Assembly: GCA_000934665.2 (NCBI GenBank)
Contig: KZ538044.1
Location: 124,001-147,488, forward strand
Length of the DNA stretch: 23,488 nt
Reading direction: 5' to 3'
Source: Catajapyx aquilonaris
Taxonomy: Eukaryota
How positions within the stretch are numbered: position 1 is the first letter of the stretch; every line of letters starts with the position of its first letter. The notes below the pieces were generated by a model, which ran no database searches, was not told the origin of the DNA, and worked only from the letters and a program-made list of their open reading frames with translations. This document shows, piece by piece, positions 1 through 10,816 of this stretch. A program made the position numbers and the translations under genes.

Positions 1-467
1 GTATAAAGCCATTTGTTATATACGATAACAGTTAAATTATGCGTATTCCACGATATTTTACAGCCGTATTATTTGGCCTTCTCTACCGTATGCATGATGA
101 CTGTTGCTGTATACGCGTATTCTAACCATGTCCTTGACAGTAATTGATACCGGCATGCATGCATGATGACGATGATATTAAAAAGTACCTACAATGTTAG
201 TGAGAATTTTTCTGGCCAGGACAAATCCGTGCTTCTGTTGCATCTCCATCAAGATATGAATGATCTAGATTACTTTCCGCAACATGAATAATTCATGTGC
301 ATGGGATTCATTCGCAAAAATTTCGTGACGACCATAGCTGGCTGGATTTGCTTTTACTTTTGAAAGGATGTAACGCAGATAGGCAACAAATGACAGCGGG
401 TAGATAACCTCAATTTTGGACTATCAGCCATTGCCTGAATTACTTTGCTCTGGTTTAACGACTGAGC

Positions 468-727
468 TTAGGCCCCGAGTCTTTTGTAATCACCGTGAAT
501 AAATATGGCAAAAAGCGTTCCCACACCTAACAAGGATGAAAACAATAAATTAGTAGCCAGGTCTCCCCAAGTGCGAAGTAGAAATCCTCCAAACATCGTC
601 ATGGGAATTGACAGGAGGAAACATGCCATGTTCAAGATGCCACTGGTGGTACCCTCTGGCTCAGGATATGTCAGTTCTATCCCGTACTCGTATCCTAGTG
701 ACGTGTAGGCGCCAGAGGACAATCTGA

Positions 728-799
<72 letters not shown>

Positions 800-2764
800 G
801 TGTCACTGACTGATTCTTAATGATGAAATGTATGTTTGACACTTGGGAACATACCCGGTAAATATGAACGTAATGTAGCACAAGACCCCCGAAGAGTAAA
901 AGACGCTAAGTGTGAACATAATCATTCCCACTGTGGATATGGCACATAAGCCGATAGTGCTTGCTCGGAATGAGTGGGTCTTGTCCAGCCATACTCCAAT
1001 CATTATGCCACCGATTATTGTGGCACAGGTATTGGCATTTCCGAGCCAGCCTGAAAATGTTCCTTGTTGCTAAGAAATAACAAGACAATGCCATTAGTAG
1101 TCTACTGTTGCGAAAACAACTGCACTAATAAAAGACCAATTCAAGAAGCAAGCCGTATTTTAGCTGAAAATAGTAACATTATTTTATATACTACACAATC
1201 ACTGTCTTATCCTATAAATACACTAATAAACTCCTTTTTCAATAATACGTAAGGCTATACGAGAACATGCTGATGCATCTATAGTAAATTGTCAATATAT
1301 TATTATCAAGCAAATTAGGCTATTTGTTTCTATAATTATTATGAATATTAGGGTAGCCTATATGAAAAAGCCTATGCAAAATAATTGCCAGTATAATCAA
1401 AACTCACGAAGAACTTCGCCGAGATGATTTGGTCCAGGAGTGTTATTATGCTTGTTAGTACTGCGTGAAAAATAGCATATGCAGCCAGTAATAGTAAGAA
1501 ACCTTTGTTAGACATGATATTTTTCAACGAGAGTTTATAATTCTTCTTCTCTTCCTCGTTGTTAGCCAATGCGTTTGCTTTGCTTGGGGGTACAGGAGGT
1601 TTATTCTGGAAAACTTATTATTGCTGATCTTAGTACAAAATATACACGTCTTTTATTTTAGTGTGATGTTAAATAAAATACTTACATATGCAAACAAGAA
1701 GGAATATTACTGTAGAAACAACTGCTCCAACATAAAATAATATTTGCAGTTGACTTCCTATTGTGGTTAAATTAACTTGCTCACTGACAATGTAAGTTGG
1801 GATTACAAAACCCAAGGCCACTCCAACCTGACAAAAAAAAATTGTTGTATCGAAGAAGTTGCAACATTGTCATATGATTTTACAGTAATGGAGAAAAAGC
1901 ACAGATAGTGAACATGCCTGGAGAAATAAACATGCCGCTCGAATAAGTACCAAATAAATTATTATTCTCTATTCAGTTGGAGTGTGTAAATTTCCAGAAT
2001 GCAATTTTTCAATAACTTCGATATTCATTAAAATAGACGCAATCTCTCGCTTATGTTTGATTGTCAGTCACATGGCAGAGCAGCCTTCGTTGTTACATTT
2101 GCATCAAATGGTACTACAGTAAATGAACACTGCACTTTGATACTGCGTAAGTAATCTATTGTACAGTACCTCAGCTGACATAACACCAAGAGCAGAGGCA
2201 GTCGATACTTGGTCCATGCCAAACCACACAGCAGCCAAATTGGGTGGAACTCCAAAAAGAAAAACAAAAGAAATTGCTAAAAAGCATTGTCCCAGGAAAG
2301 TGACGTAAAACCCATCTGAAGACACAGACATCACTTTAATCCAGCTTCCTATAAACATGGAGAAACTTCCTAGGAAAACAGTGATCCGCAACCCCTGGAA
2401 GGTTAAGAAGGAGATGTATGCTTTGCATGATTTTACGCATAATACTCGTACCTAAAATAAGAGTAGCATTGTGCCTAACCTTTTTGCTGAGGAGGTAAGC
2501 CGCTGGAATTATGAATATGACGTAGAATATCATGTAAATAAGAGCAAGGTAATCAACAATCCAAGTAGAGACGGAATAGTACTTGGAAGTCAAATGAGCA
2601 ATAGTGGCATATTGCAGCCAATGAAATGAGTTCCACATATTACATGCCGAGAAAATTAGTAGTATTGCCCATCTCTTCCGGTAAACTCTTATGTGCTCTT
2701 CCATTTCTTTGTTGGAAAGGTTAATCGCCACATCTTGATGTGAAATCTCGTTTAGCTCAGCCAT
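468..2764 (-). CDS. FLVCR-like: FLVCR/SLC49-family MFS transporter, paralogue A (6 coding exons, ~442 aa)
   Basis: Exons 2480-2764, 2170-2394, 1686-1827, 1408-1613, 855-1069, 468-723. All introns are GT-AG with matching phases; total 1329 nt, open frame. Family motifs: VYRKRWAIL, NSFHWLQY, PPNLAAVWFGMDQVSTA, KPPVPPS, WLDKTH, ELTYPEPEGTTSGILN. Confidence 0.9.
728..796. repeat. (AAT)23 microsatellite in the last intron of FLVCR paralogue A
   Basis: 23 perfect AAT units abutting the 3' splice site (minus-strand AG at 724-725). Confidence 0.97.
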
Positions 2765-3812
2765 ATTGCTGTTGTTGTGTGCTGCGCCAACTACGGAAGC
2801 ATTGAAAACGCTATAGTTTTTGTACGTACACTCTGCGCGAAATGTGGTGCGTCGGTTGCGTTCGTTTAAAAAATCACCATAATGTACATCTACTGTATTT
2901 TAAAAACGGTAATTAGTTGAATGAAAGAAATTTCAAAATTGTAATGCCGTCTGTCATCCTTATACGGATCTTTCAAGTAATTATAATACACCTCTTTTGT
3001 CCAGAACAAAATAATCACAAGAGAGGCACTTCCAATGAGATAAGACATGGCGTCCTGAAGTGATTATTTGGCAAGAGGTGTTGAAAAGAAAGTGCAAAAT
3101 ACAGGAGATTGACAGTTTAAATAAACAGCTCTGAGTACAGCTGGAACACGTGTAGCCTACTATACCTGCGTGTCCTTCTCAGATTTGCTCTCCTGTACAT
3201 GTATTGCGACGGATTGAGGTACAGTACCTCTTTCTTTCCTCGACTCGCACAAGTGTTAAAAGGAAATAAATTGCCTCACCAGTCCTATCCCGATATGCTG
3301 CAACCGGTTGCGGATTCTATCGAATGTGAATAACACTGCAGCAGGCATATGAACAAAGGAAAGCCGTTTATCTCAGTTTTCAAAATAGGAAACTGCCTCT
3401 GCTTCCCGTCCCCAGGAGATAAACAGTGGACCCACGCATCGCCCAAATGGCAAACGGTATTCCCTGAATTGTTTCGTAATTAAGAAAATATTTTAATGGT
3501 ACGCGTATAGTAGTGTAACTAGCTTGCCATTTACATCTACTGTACTTCATTGTAATGTACAGTGCATCATGGTCGGATAGGGTCGGATGCACTGCTGCAT
3601 GCATACATGAGTCAATGATGAGGCCCAATAAGCACATTTGAACACCTCCCCATACGTGTCACAATTATAAACTATGGCAGGTTGAAACACCAATCTATAT
3701 GATGATATGAGATGAGGTGAGGGAATATATTCAGAATTCGTCTTGGCATCAGAGGTCTTCCAATGAAATCAGGTTCAATTAAATTAGTTGTAGATAAAAA
3801 GTTACCTACATT

Positions 3813-5871
3813 TTATTTTTCTCTAATGCACATTATTGCTAACAATCCCAAGAGTATTAATGTAATTATAAACGAAAGTTGTGAAAGTGACATTGCAGAA
3901 ATTCCAAACATTTGAGGCACGTATTCGAACATGGTAATTGACAAAAAATAAAACAAACTTATTAACCCACTGGTTGTTCCCTCAGGGTCATGAAATGCCA
4001 ATTCTGCTTCATATTCATACACTAAAGTAGTGTAGGCGCCGCAAGTAAATCTGTGAAATAAACAGTAATAAAATCCAAAGAATGTAGGCCTATGCCTGTT
4101 ACAGGACAATAATTTAAGACCTAAAAATAAATCTTCATACTTACCCAATACATACGAAAAATACTTGGATCAGTACTACCGACGCATAGAAATAACATAT
4201 TACGTAACCTGTGAGCCCGATGGAAAATATCAAATATAAAGTGAAGTTTGTTTCTCTAGAAAATTCATGGAAAATCATGTCAGTTCACTCACTTCTTAAT
4301 TTGTTTTTAATATGCATACACTCACCTGAATTGGCATGTCTTATCCAGCCAAATTCCATTTAAAACTCCTCCAAATACATTGGCCCCCACGTTCAAAGGG
4401 TATATCTTGTAGGTATCCTGTAAAGTGGGCCAAACATTATAATACAAGCATTATGTAAGCTATGCGATTGTTTTTTTCAGCGTCGATTAGGTAAGGTCAT
4501 AAAAAGTGCACTTATATCGTATATTGTGAAATGAAAAATCCCCCCCCCCCTCCACACACACACAAGTTAGGGCATTATACAGGCATTGCCCATGTCTCCA
4601 TTTCAAGAGAGGAGTAGGTGAGAAAGATCTGCATTGTGGACCCCAGCGGCCAATTTAAAGAGAAGCAACAATCAAAACAAGTGACTGTGGTCACATACCC
4701 TGCAAAACTATTAGAAATATACTCACCTGAGCTTCAAATGCAGGAATAAAGGTAATGAGTGACTGGTTGACTCCTTGTAAAATGACGTAGGCGAAAAGGA
4801 GGTACCATACATTTCTGTTTCGTAAGATTTGTCCTACTGAATTTTTGTACTCATGGTCTCCCAAATTAATTTCCATAGACATACTAGCAATTTGGTCCGA
4901 AGGAGTAGGTGGCTCGCTCTCAAAACCTGTCAGTATCAAAAGGGAAAAACCGAGTAAACACAGAATAATTATTTACTTAATGCTGTTTTCTTTGCCACTA
5001 TTCTTATAATGAATATTACATGTACAGTACTTACATGCCCAAACAAGAAAAAGAAGCACTGTAGACGCAGTGGCAGCTGCACAGTGCAATCCTTGCAAAT
5101 TATTTTGAAATCCACTGAGATTTCCGTCGCCAACGTATGTTAATACTAGAGGCGGAATTGTTGTACCAATTAAAATCCCAACCTTGTAAAAAAATCGCAT
5201 TAGTTATAATACTGTATTATACGGCTCATTCAACTCCTATGCATGTGTGAGGCCATGCAGCCCATGAACAGACACATCCCAACATGATAATTATGCTATA
5301 GTAACTAGAGATCACCTGTGCAGACATTAAGCCAAATCCACACGCAGTTGACACTTGGTTTGGACCAAACCAAATAGCTGCCAGACGTGGAGGACTAACA
5401 AAGAAAAATGCTCCAGAGAAGCCTTCAAGTAACTGTGACAGCAAAAGAAGGTCCCAGCGATTTCTTGCAACAGAAAACACTCTAATTCCAACCCCTAGTG
5501 TAGCAACGAAACTTCCCAATAGAAGAGTAGTCCTAAGGCCCTAGAAATTATTGCATATTCGTCAAATTGAATACACATTTTGCGATATATTATGCATATT
5601 TTCTACACACCTGTACATGCAGGAGGTACGTTGCTGGCAGAATGGTGATGAGACATGTCACTATGTAGCTAAGATCCAACCACGTGGAAAAGGATGCAGC
5701 GGTTTTGTAGTAATAAAAATGAAAGGCAATTTCTACATTATGCTGAAGTTGTGTCCATTGAAATGTGTTGCTAGCGATGCATAAGCAAAAAAGAATCAAC
5801 ATCAACCACCTTCTTGAGTACGTTTTGGTTTCATCACTATGTGGCAAGAGTTTTGTAGCAGCTGACGCCAT
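3813..5871 (-). CDS. FLVCR-like: FLVCR/SLC49-family MFS transporter, paralogue B (7 coding exons, ~424 aa, divergent)
   Basis: Exons 5611-5871, 5316-5540, 5035-5182, 4727-4926, 4326-4417, 4145-4255, 3813-4050. GT-AG introns, phases consistent, 1275 nt open. Motifs: YSRRWLML, NTFQW, PPRLAAIWFGPNQVSTA, EPPTPS, WLDKT, PEGTTSG. Confidence 0.85.
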
Positions 5872-6374
5872 AATTTGTCCATTGTATCATAGGAAAAGAT
5901 CCTGTACGGACAAAATAGCCTATCAGAAGCAAAAATAACATACGCTTACCATTTCCAAATGACAAAGATTTCACTTACCCTCACGAGCCACAGGTGGTAG
6001 GCTTGCAACATTGTGAATGTCCCATGCAATTTTGAGAACTACTTATCGGTAATTTCAATCCCCCACTGATGTCATTTCAGAGACGGATGTGACGTAGACT
6101 ATCAATCCCACTCACTGCTTTTACTATCGCTACAGGGCTTAAACCCTTATTATTTTCAAGGGTTGGAACAAAAGTAATGGCCTCATTACTGGAGCACCTA
6201 AGCATTTACATGAAAAGACTCATTCAAAATTTTCATTCATTGCTCCTTTGGCATAATTCTCTCATGTGATATTACAAACAGCGCTCCTGTTCCTTCCTCC
6301 TGTTCTTCATATAGCACGGTGACAGTTTAGCCATGGGTTGTATACAAATAGTGCCACGTGGAAAGAAAGGAAAT

Positions 6375-6550
6375 TATGTAGCTAAGATCCAACCACGTGG
6401 AAAGGATGCAGCGGTTTTGTAGTAATAAAAATGAAAGGCAATTTTTACATTATGCTGAAGTTGTGTCCATTGAAATGTGTTGCTAGCGATGCATAAGCAA
6501 AAAAGAATCAACATCAACCACCTTCTTGAGTATACGTTTTGGTTTCATCA
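6375..6550 (-). pseudogene. Frameshifted partial duplicate of exon 1 of FLVCR paralogue B
   Basis: Direct copy of 5662-5836 differing by one substitution, a 1-bp deletion and a 2-bp insertion. Lacks the start codon and splice donor. Confidence 0.92.
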
Positions 6551-6688
6551 TACACACATTAGTCATGGACTATTCTGCGCAAGTGTTCCTGCGTGATATG
6601 GAATGCCAATGTTCGAATAATATATACAGATTTACAATGCGCTCCAAGGTTCGTCATTCAGTAATAGTCATTGACACGGGACTCTGAT

Positions 6689-6771
6689 CCACTACATGAG
6701 TTGACCTGCTGGTAGTGAATGATTAACTTGTTGTTAATCATTCCCTACCAGCAGGTCAACTCATGTAGTGG
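6689..6771. repeat. Near-perfect 83-nt palindrome/hairpin
   Basis: 39-nt arms 6689-6727 and 6733-6771 are reverse complements with one mismatch; 5-nt loop ttgtt. Confidence 0.95.
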
Positions 6772-7564
6772 CCTTTGTTGTCCAGCGGGACTATAGTCCG
6801 ATTGCAGTTGTTGTTCAACCTGGGAGTCTAAAGATATTCAAATATGAACAGGTGCAGCCCAAATAACAATAGTGCGCAAACCCTACGTGAACCACTGCAG
6901 CAGGTTCAGAAGTCAGAATGTCACATTCCATCTCCAACTGATCATAAGTTATAATTATTTTGAATCATTGTTATAATCTTTATTTCCGGTGCAATACTCT
7001 GGATCATTCATTTAAAAAATTGTCTCGACCAATCATAGGCTGCAGAATCTGTGGTTGCACTATTCTTCATAAATACAGTACTGTATCACTGTATATGTAT
7101 ACCAACTAAGGAATATTGTAAAGAGAGGTGTCGCCATTGAATAGTGCAAAAAGTAACCTTCAACTGCTGGGTAACTTTAATTAATTAATTAATGATTCAA
7201 AAAAGTAACACTTTATTAGCACAGTCATGTAACGTATATAGACTAGACTAGCATTTGTATGTGCGCCTTGGGCTAAAGTATGAAAAGTTACTGTACTAAA
7301 TAGTCTAAATAGCTAACAATAATTGATTATTGTATTAACTGGGCATATTTCAATTACAAATGACAATCTGGGACTTTTGCTTTAAATCACCAATGCACTT
7401 TACAAGGGGAGTAAATGCCATGTTAGCGGCGCTTTTGTCAAATTGTGTAAGTTGGTCAATATTCTTATTGTACTGTCACCATTAAAATTTAAAAAAATTT
7501 ATACATTCTACCTCGCATTCTACTGATAATGCCGAACTATTACTAACAAAGAGTAATTATATTA

Positions 7565-9354
7565 TTAAGCGATTTCCTTTGGCTCGCAGACTGTTTCAAG
7601 AAAGCATTGAGCCTCCTGCCTTTTTAGTTTACCTCGTATTAATAAACTAAAGACGAGTCCCAGAGCAATGACGGCGCAAAAAAACAAGTTTGTCGCCAGA
7701 TGACCGTACAGTCGTAGCACCCATCCAGCAAACAAAGTCAAAAAAATGCTGAGTATGAAATAGGCCATGTTGAGAATTCCGCTAGTTGTACCCTCTGGCT
7801 CTGGGTAGGTCAGCTCGACACCAAGCTCATAGCCCAAGGTTGTATAAGCTCCAAAGAAAAACCTGCACAAAATTCAAATATTCGTATTAGTTGATGCAAT
7901 AACTACGTACTCCAAAGAAGAAGTATAGGCCTACCCAGCTCCAATAAAAAAGACATATGCCGCAGTAAGTGAATTAAAGTAGATGCTGAGTGTAAAACCC
8001 AACATTGCAAGAAACGACATTGAATATATCACCAAGTTCGATTCTCTGCAATAAAACTCATGTTTTAGTCATCATTTGAATATGGTCGAGAGAGAAAGCA
8101 CTTACTTGAATCGATGTGTCTTATCCAGCCATATGCCTATAAGAAATCCCCCAACAATAGAAACGCACATATTTCCATTTCCGAGTAATCCGGAATCATC
8201 TTCATGGCCCTGAAAGTTTATGGGGCAGGATTAGTCCACTGACTTATATGAAACACTGATAGTGACCAGAACCCACCGGAAATTCGTCGACAACAATCTG
8301 GCTCAACAGTGTGCTGATTGAGGTGAGTACGGCATGGAAAAGTGTGTATGCCCCAAGAAGGAGCAGGAAGCTTCGGTTTCTAATAATGCTCAAGAAGGAC
8401 CTCCAATACACTCTTTTATGGGTCAGAGCACGGACTTGGGCCACGCTTGGAGGCTTCGGAGGTTTCTCTTGGAACACTATAAAGAAGACAAAGTGTATGT
8501 TACTTTTTCATACAAGAATAAATACCGAATGAATTTCTGGACATGCCTATTAGGATGATGATCAGAAGTATCGTTGGTGGAACGCTGCCTATGTAATGTA
8601 CCAATTTCAAGGATATACCAATGTCTTCTATGCTCTCTGAATACTTCACTATCTTAGGGGGAATTAGAAACCCAGCTGCTATACCAAGCTGTAAATGTAA
8701 GCGCATAAATCAGCATGCAGAATAATAAACTTCCTACAGTATTTGTCCACTCTGATGTTCACCTCAGCAGCCATGACACCAATTCCAGAAGCTGTTGAAA
8801 CTTGATCTGGACCAAACCATACCGCTGCTAAACGAGGGGGAACTCCGAACAGAAACGCGCAGGCAAGAGCTTCCAGACCTTGGCCCAGGAATGTCACATA
8901 AAACAATTCAGGTGACACTGATAAAACTTTTATCCATGCTCCCAACGCAGTTCCAAAAATTCCCAGGACGACAGTGACTCTCAGTCCCTAAAGATGACAC
9001 GATATTACAAATTTAACGTATTCAGTCCCATCTCATTATAATATTTTGCAAGTGATTTGTACTCACCTTTTTGTCCAGAAGATACGTTGTTGGAAGAACA
9101 CAAACCACGTAGGCGACCATGTAAAGAAGAGCCAGCCAGTCCACTGTCCAGAGAGGGACAGTGTAATATTTTGCAATAGAATTGGCAATTATGGAATATT
9201 CTATCCAGTGAAAAGAATTCCAAAAATTGCAGGCGGAGAATAAGAAGAGGTGGATCCATCTCCGTTTATACACTTGACACTCCTCGGAATGTCGAGTCTC
9301 GGGGAATATTTCGTCATCTTTGTTCGTGTACATCAAATCTTTGCATTCGCTCAT
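7565..9354 (-). CDS. FLVCR-like: FLVCR/SLC49-family MFS transporter, paralogue C (7 coding exons, ~455 aa)
   Basis: Exons 9067-9354, 8763-8987, 8547-8688 (GC donor), 8277-8476, 8106-8209, 7935-8045, 7565-7862; 1368 nt open. Motifs: VYKRRW, NSFHWIEYSII, VDWLALLYM, PPRLAAVWFGPDQVSTA, KPPKPPS, WLDKTHRFK, ELTYPEPEGTTSGILN, LKRQEA. Confidence 0.9.
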
Positions 9355-9791
9355 CGCGCACTGAAATCATATTCCCACCCAGCATTCAGAAAAGAGGACT
9401 ACGGGGAGCTCCTCTGACGTCATGCAGGCATCGTGCATGTTGCCAATGGTTGAATATATAATTATGAATAATTTAGAGAGCATTGCATTCGCAAGTATAC
9501 GCATCGTTATAATAATGAATTCATTGCCACACTTCAGTAGCAGAATGATATGCAACAAGTGTGTTTGTCCCATCTCGTACAGTACTGTACATAGAATAGT
9601 AGGGTATACATCAGCCTCTTTGCTCCTATCAATGTGTCAGGTAATGGTTATCATACACGAGCACTCACATTCTACCTTGGCAGCCTAAGTTTGCTGCACA
9701 ACAAATTCCCATGAGGCCGGATGTAAATAGACATGAAATGTCTATTTACATCTCGCCACACACCAGTCTTCCTTTCTCCATATCTATACTG

Positions 9792-9827
9792 CCCCCCCCC
9801 CCTCCTACCACCACCACCACCACCACG
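9792..9827. repeat. Poly-C run plus (CCA)n simple repeat
   Basis: ccccccccc cctcctacca ccaccaccac caccacg read directly. Confidence 0.8.
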
Positions 9828-9925
9828 ACCAATATTGTTGGACATTTGGAAGGAGATTCTACTTTATTAATAGAGACAATTAATTCTGGGTCTGATTGCA
9901 CAACGTAAGAAGATTGTTTGACATA

Positions 9926-10176
9926 TGAAGGGGTCGGTGCAATACCGCCCTAACCCACCAAATAACACAAATTGAGTTAAGCACACTTCCATGTACTACA
10001 CTCATGTATCTAATAAAATCCATTGAAATTGTGCAGTTTCTGCCATCGGTCACTGAGAAATCAAATGAAATAAGTCACATGGTATATGGGATGTATATGG
10101 CCTCTCAAACTTTCAACTGCAGTTTTCTCAAAATCAGGTTTGGGAGGGTTAGGGCAGTATTGCACCGACCCCTTCA
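9926..10176. mobile_element. MITE (~250 bp), probably Tc1/mariner-derived
   Basis: Terminal inverted repeats tgaaggggtcggtgcaatac(c/t)gccctaaccc (9926-9956 and 10146-10176, one mismatch), flanked by TA at 9924-9925 and 10177-10178. No transposase-like coding sequence. Confidence 0.8.
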
Positions 10177-10816
10177 TATGTAAATACAAGGTCATCGAAA
10201 AAGAATGCTCGAATTTTAAAGTCCTACAGCACGAAAACTATATCGACATATCTAAGTGCAGTGGAAGGGTGGGAGGGACTTCCGAATTCCGGATAATCCA
10301 GTATTGAAAACCTTATTAATTAGTAGACTATATGTTATTAATGTGGTCGACTATACATATCATTTAAAAATTTTGCGACATTTTGCCCCTATTTACAACA
10401 CCTACATGTCATCCATCATGTGAACATAAACTTAGTTAACAAATTATGAACCCAGTTATAAAATACACAGCCCCTAATTTTGGATAGGAAGAATCCCAGA
10501 GGAAATTAACCTATTATTTCTTTGTTTTCAATGGTAAGCTATCTGAGTCTATACTGCAGTTGTTCCGGCCGTAATCAGAAGGCTAAAATTATTGATGTCT
10601 GACTTCCTGTGACGGAAGTGCCTGGAATGGACTCTGCCACTCGCAGATAAACATAACCTTTTCGACAAATTCGCACTATTATTCGAGCCTTGTTAGTTGC
10701 CGCATCACGGTAAGTTCATTGGAGGCCGATTTGTAAAGCTCAATTTGTGTATATAGGATAATTACCATAAGCGTCTTGTGTTACTAATCTTCAGGAACCA
10801 TAATAGGTGTGAAGCT

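Noticed and set aside
724..881. Poly-tyrosine N-terminus of ORF 468..881
   Set aside because: It is the intronic (TAT)n microsatellite read in frame; the real exon starts at 723.
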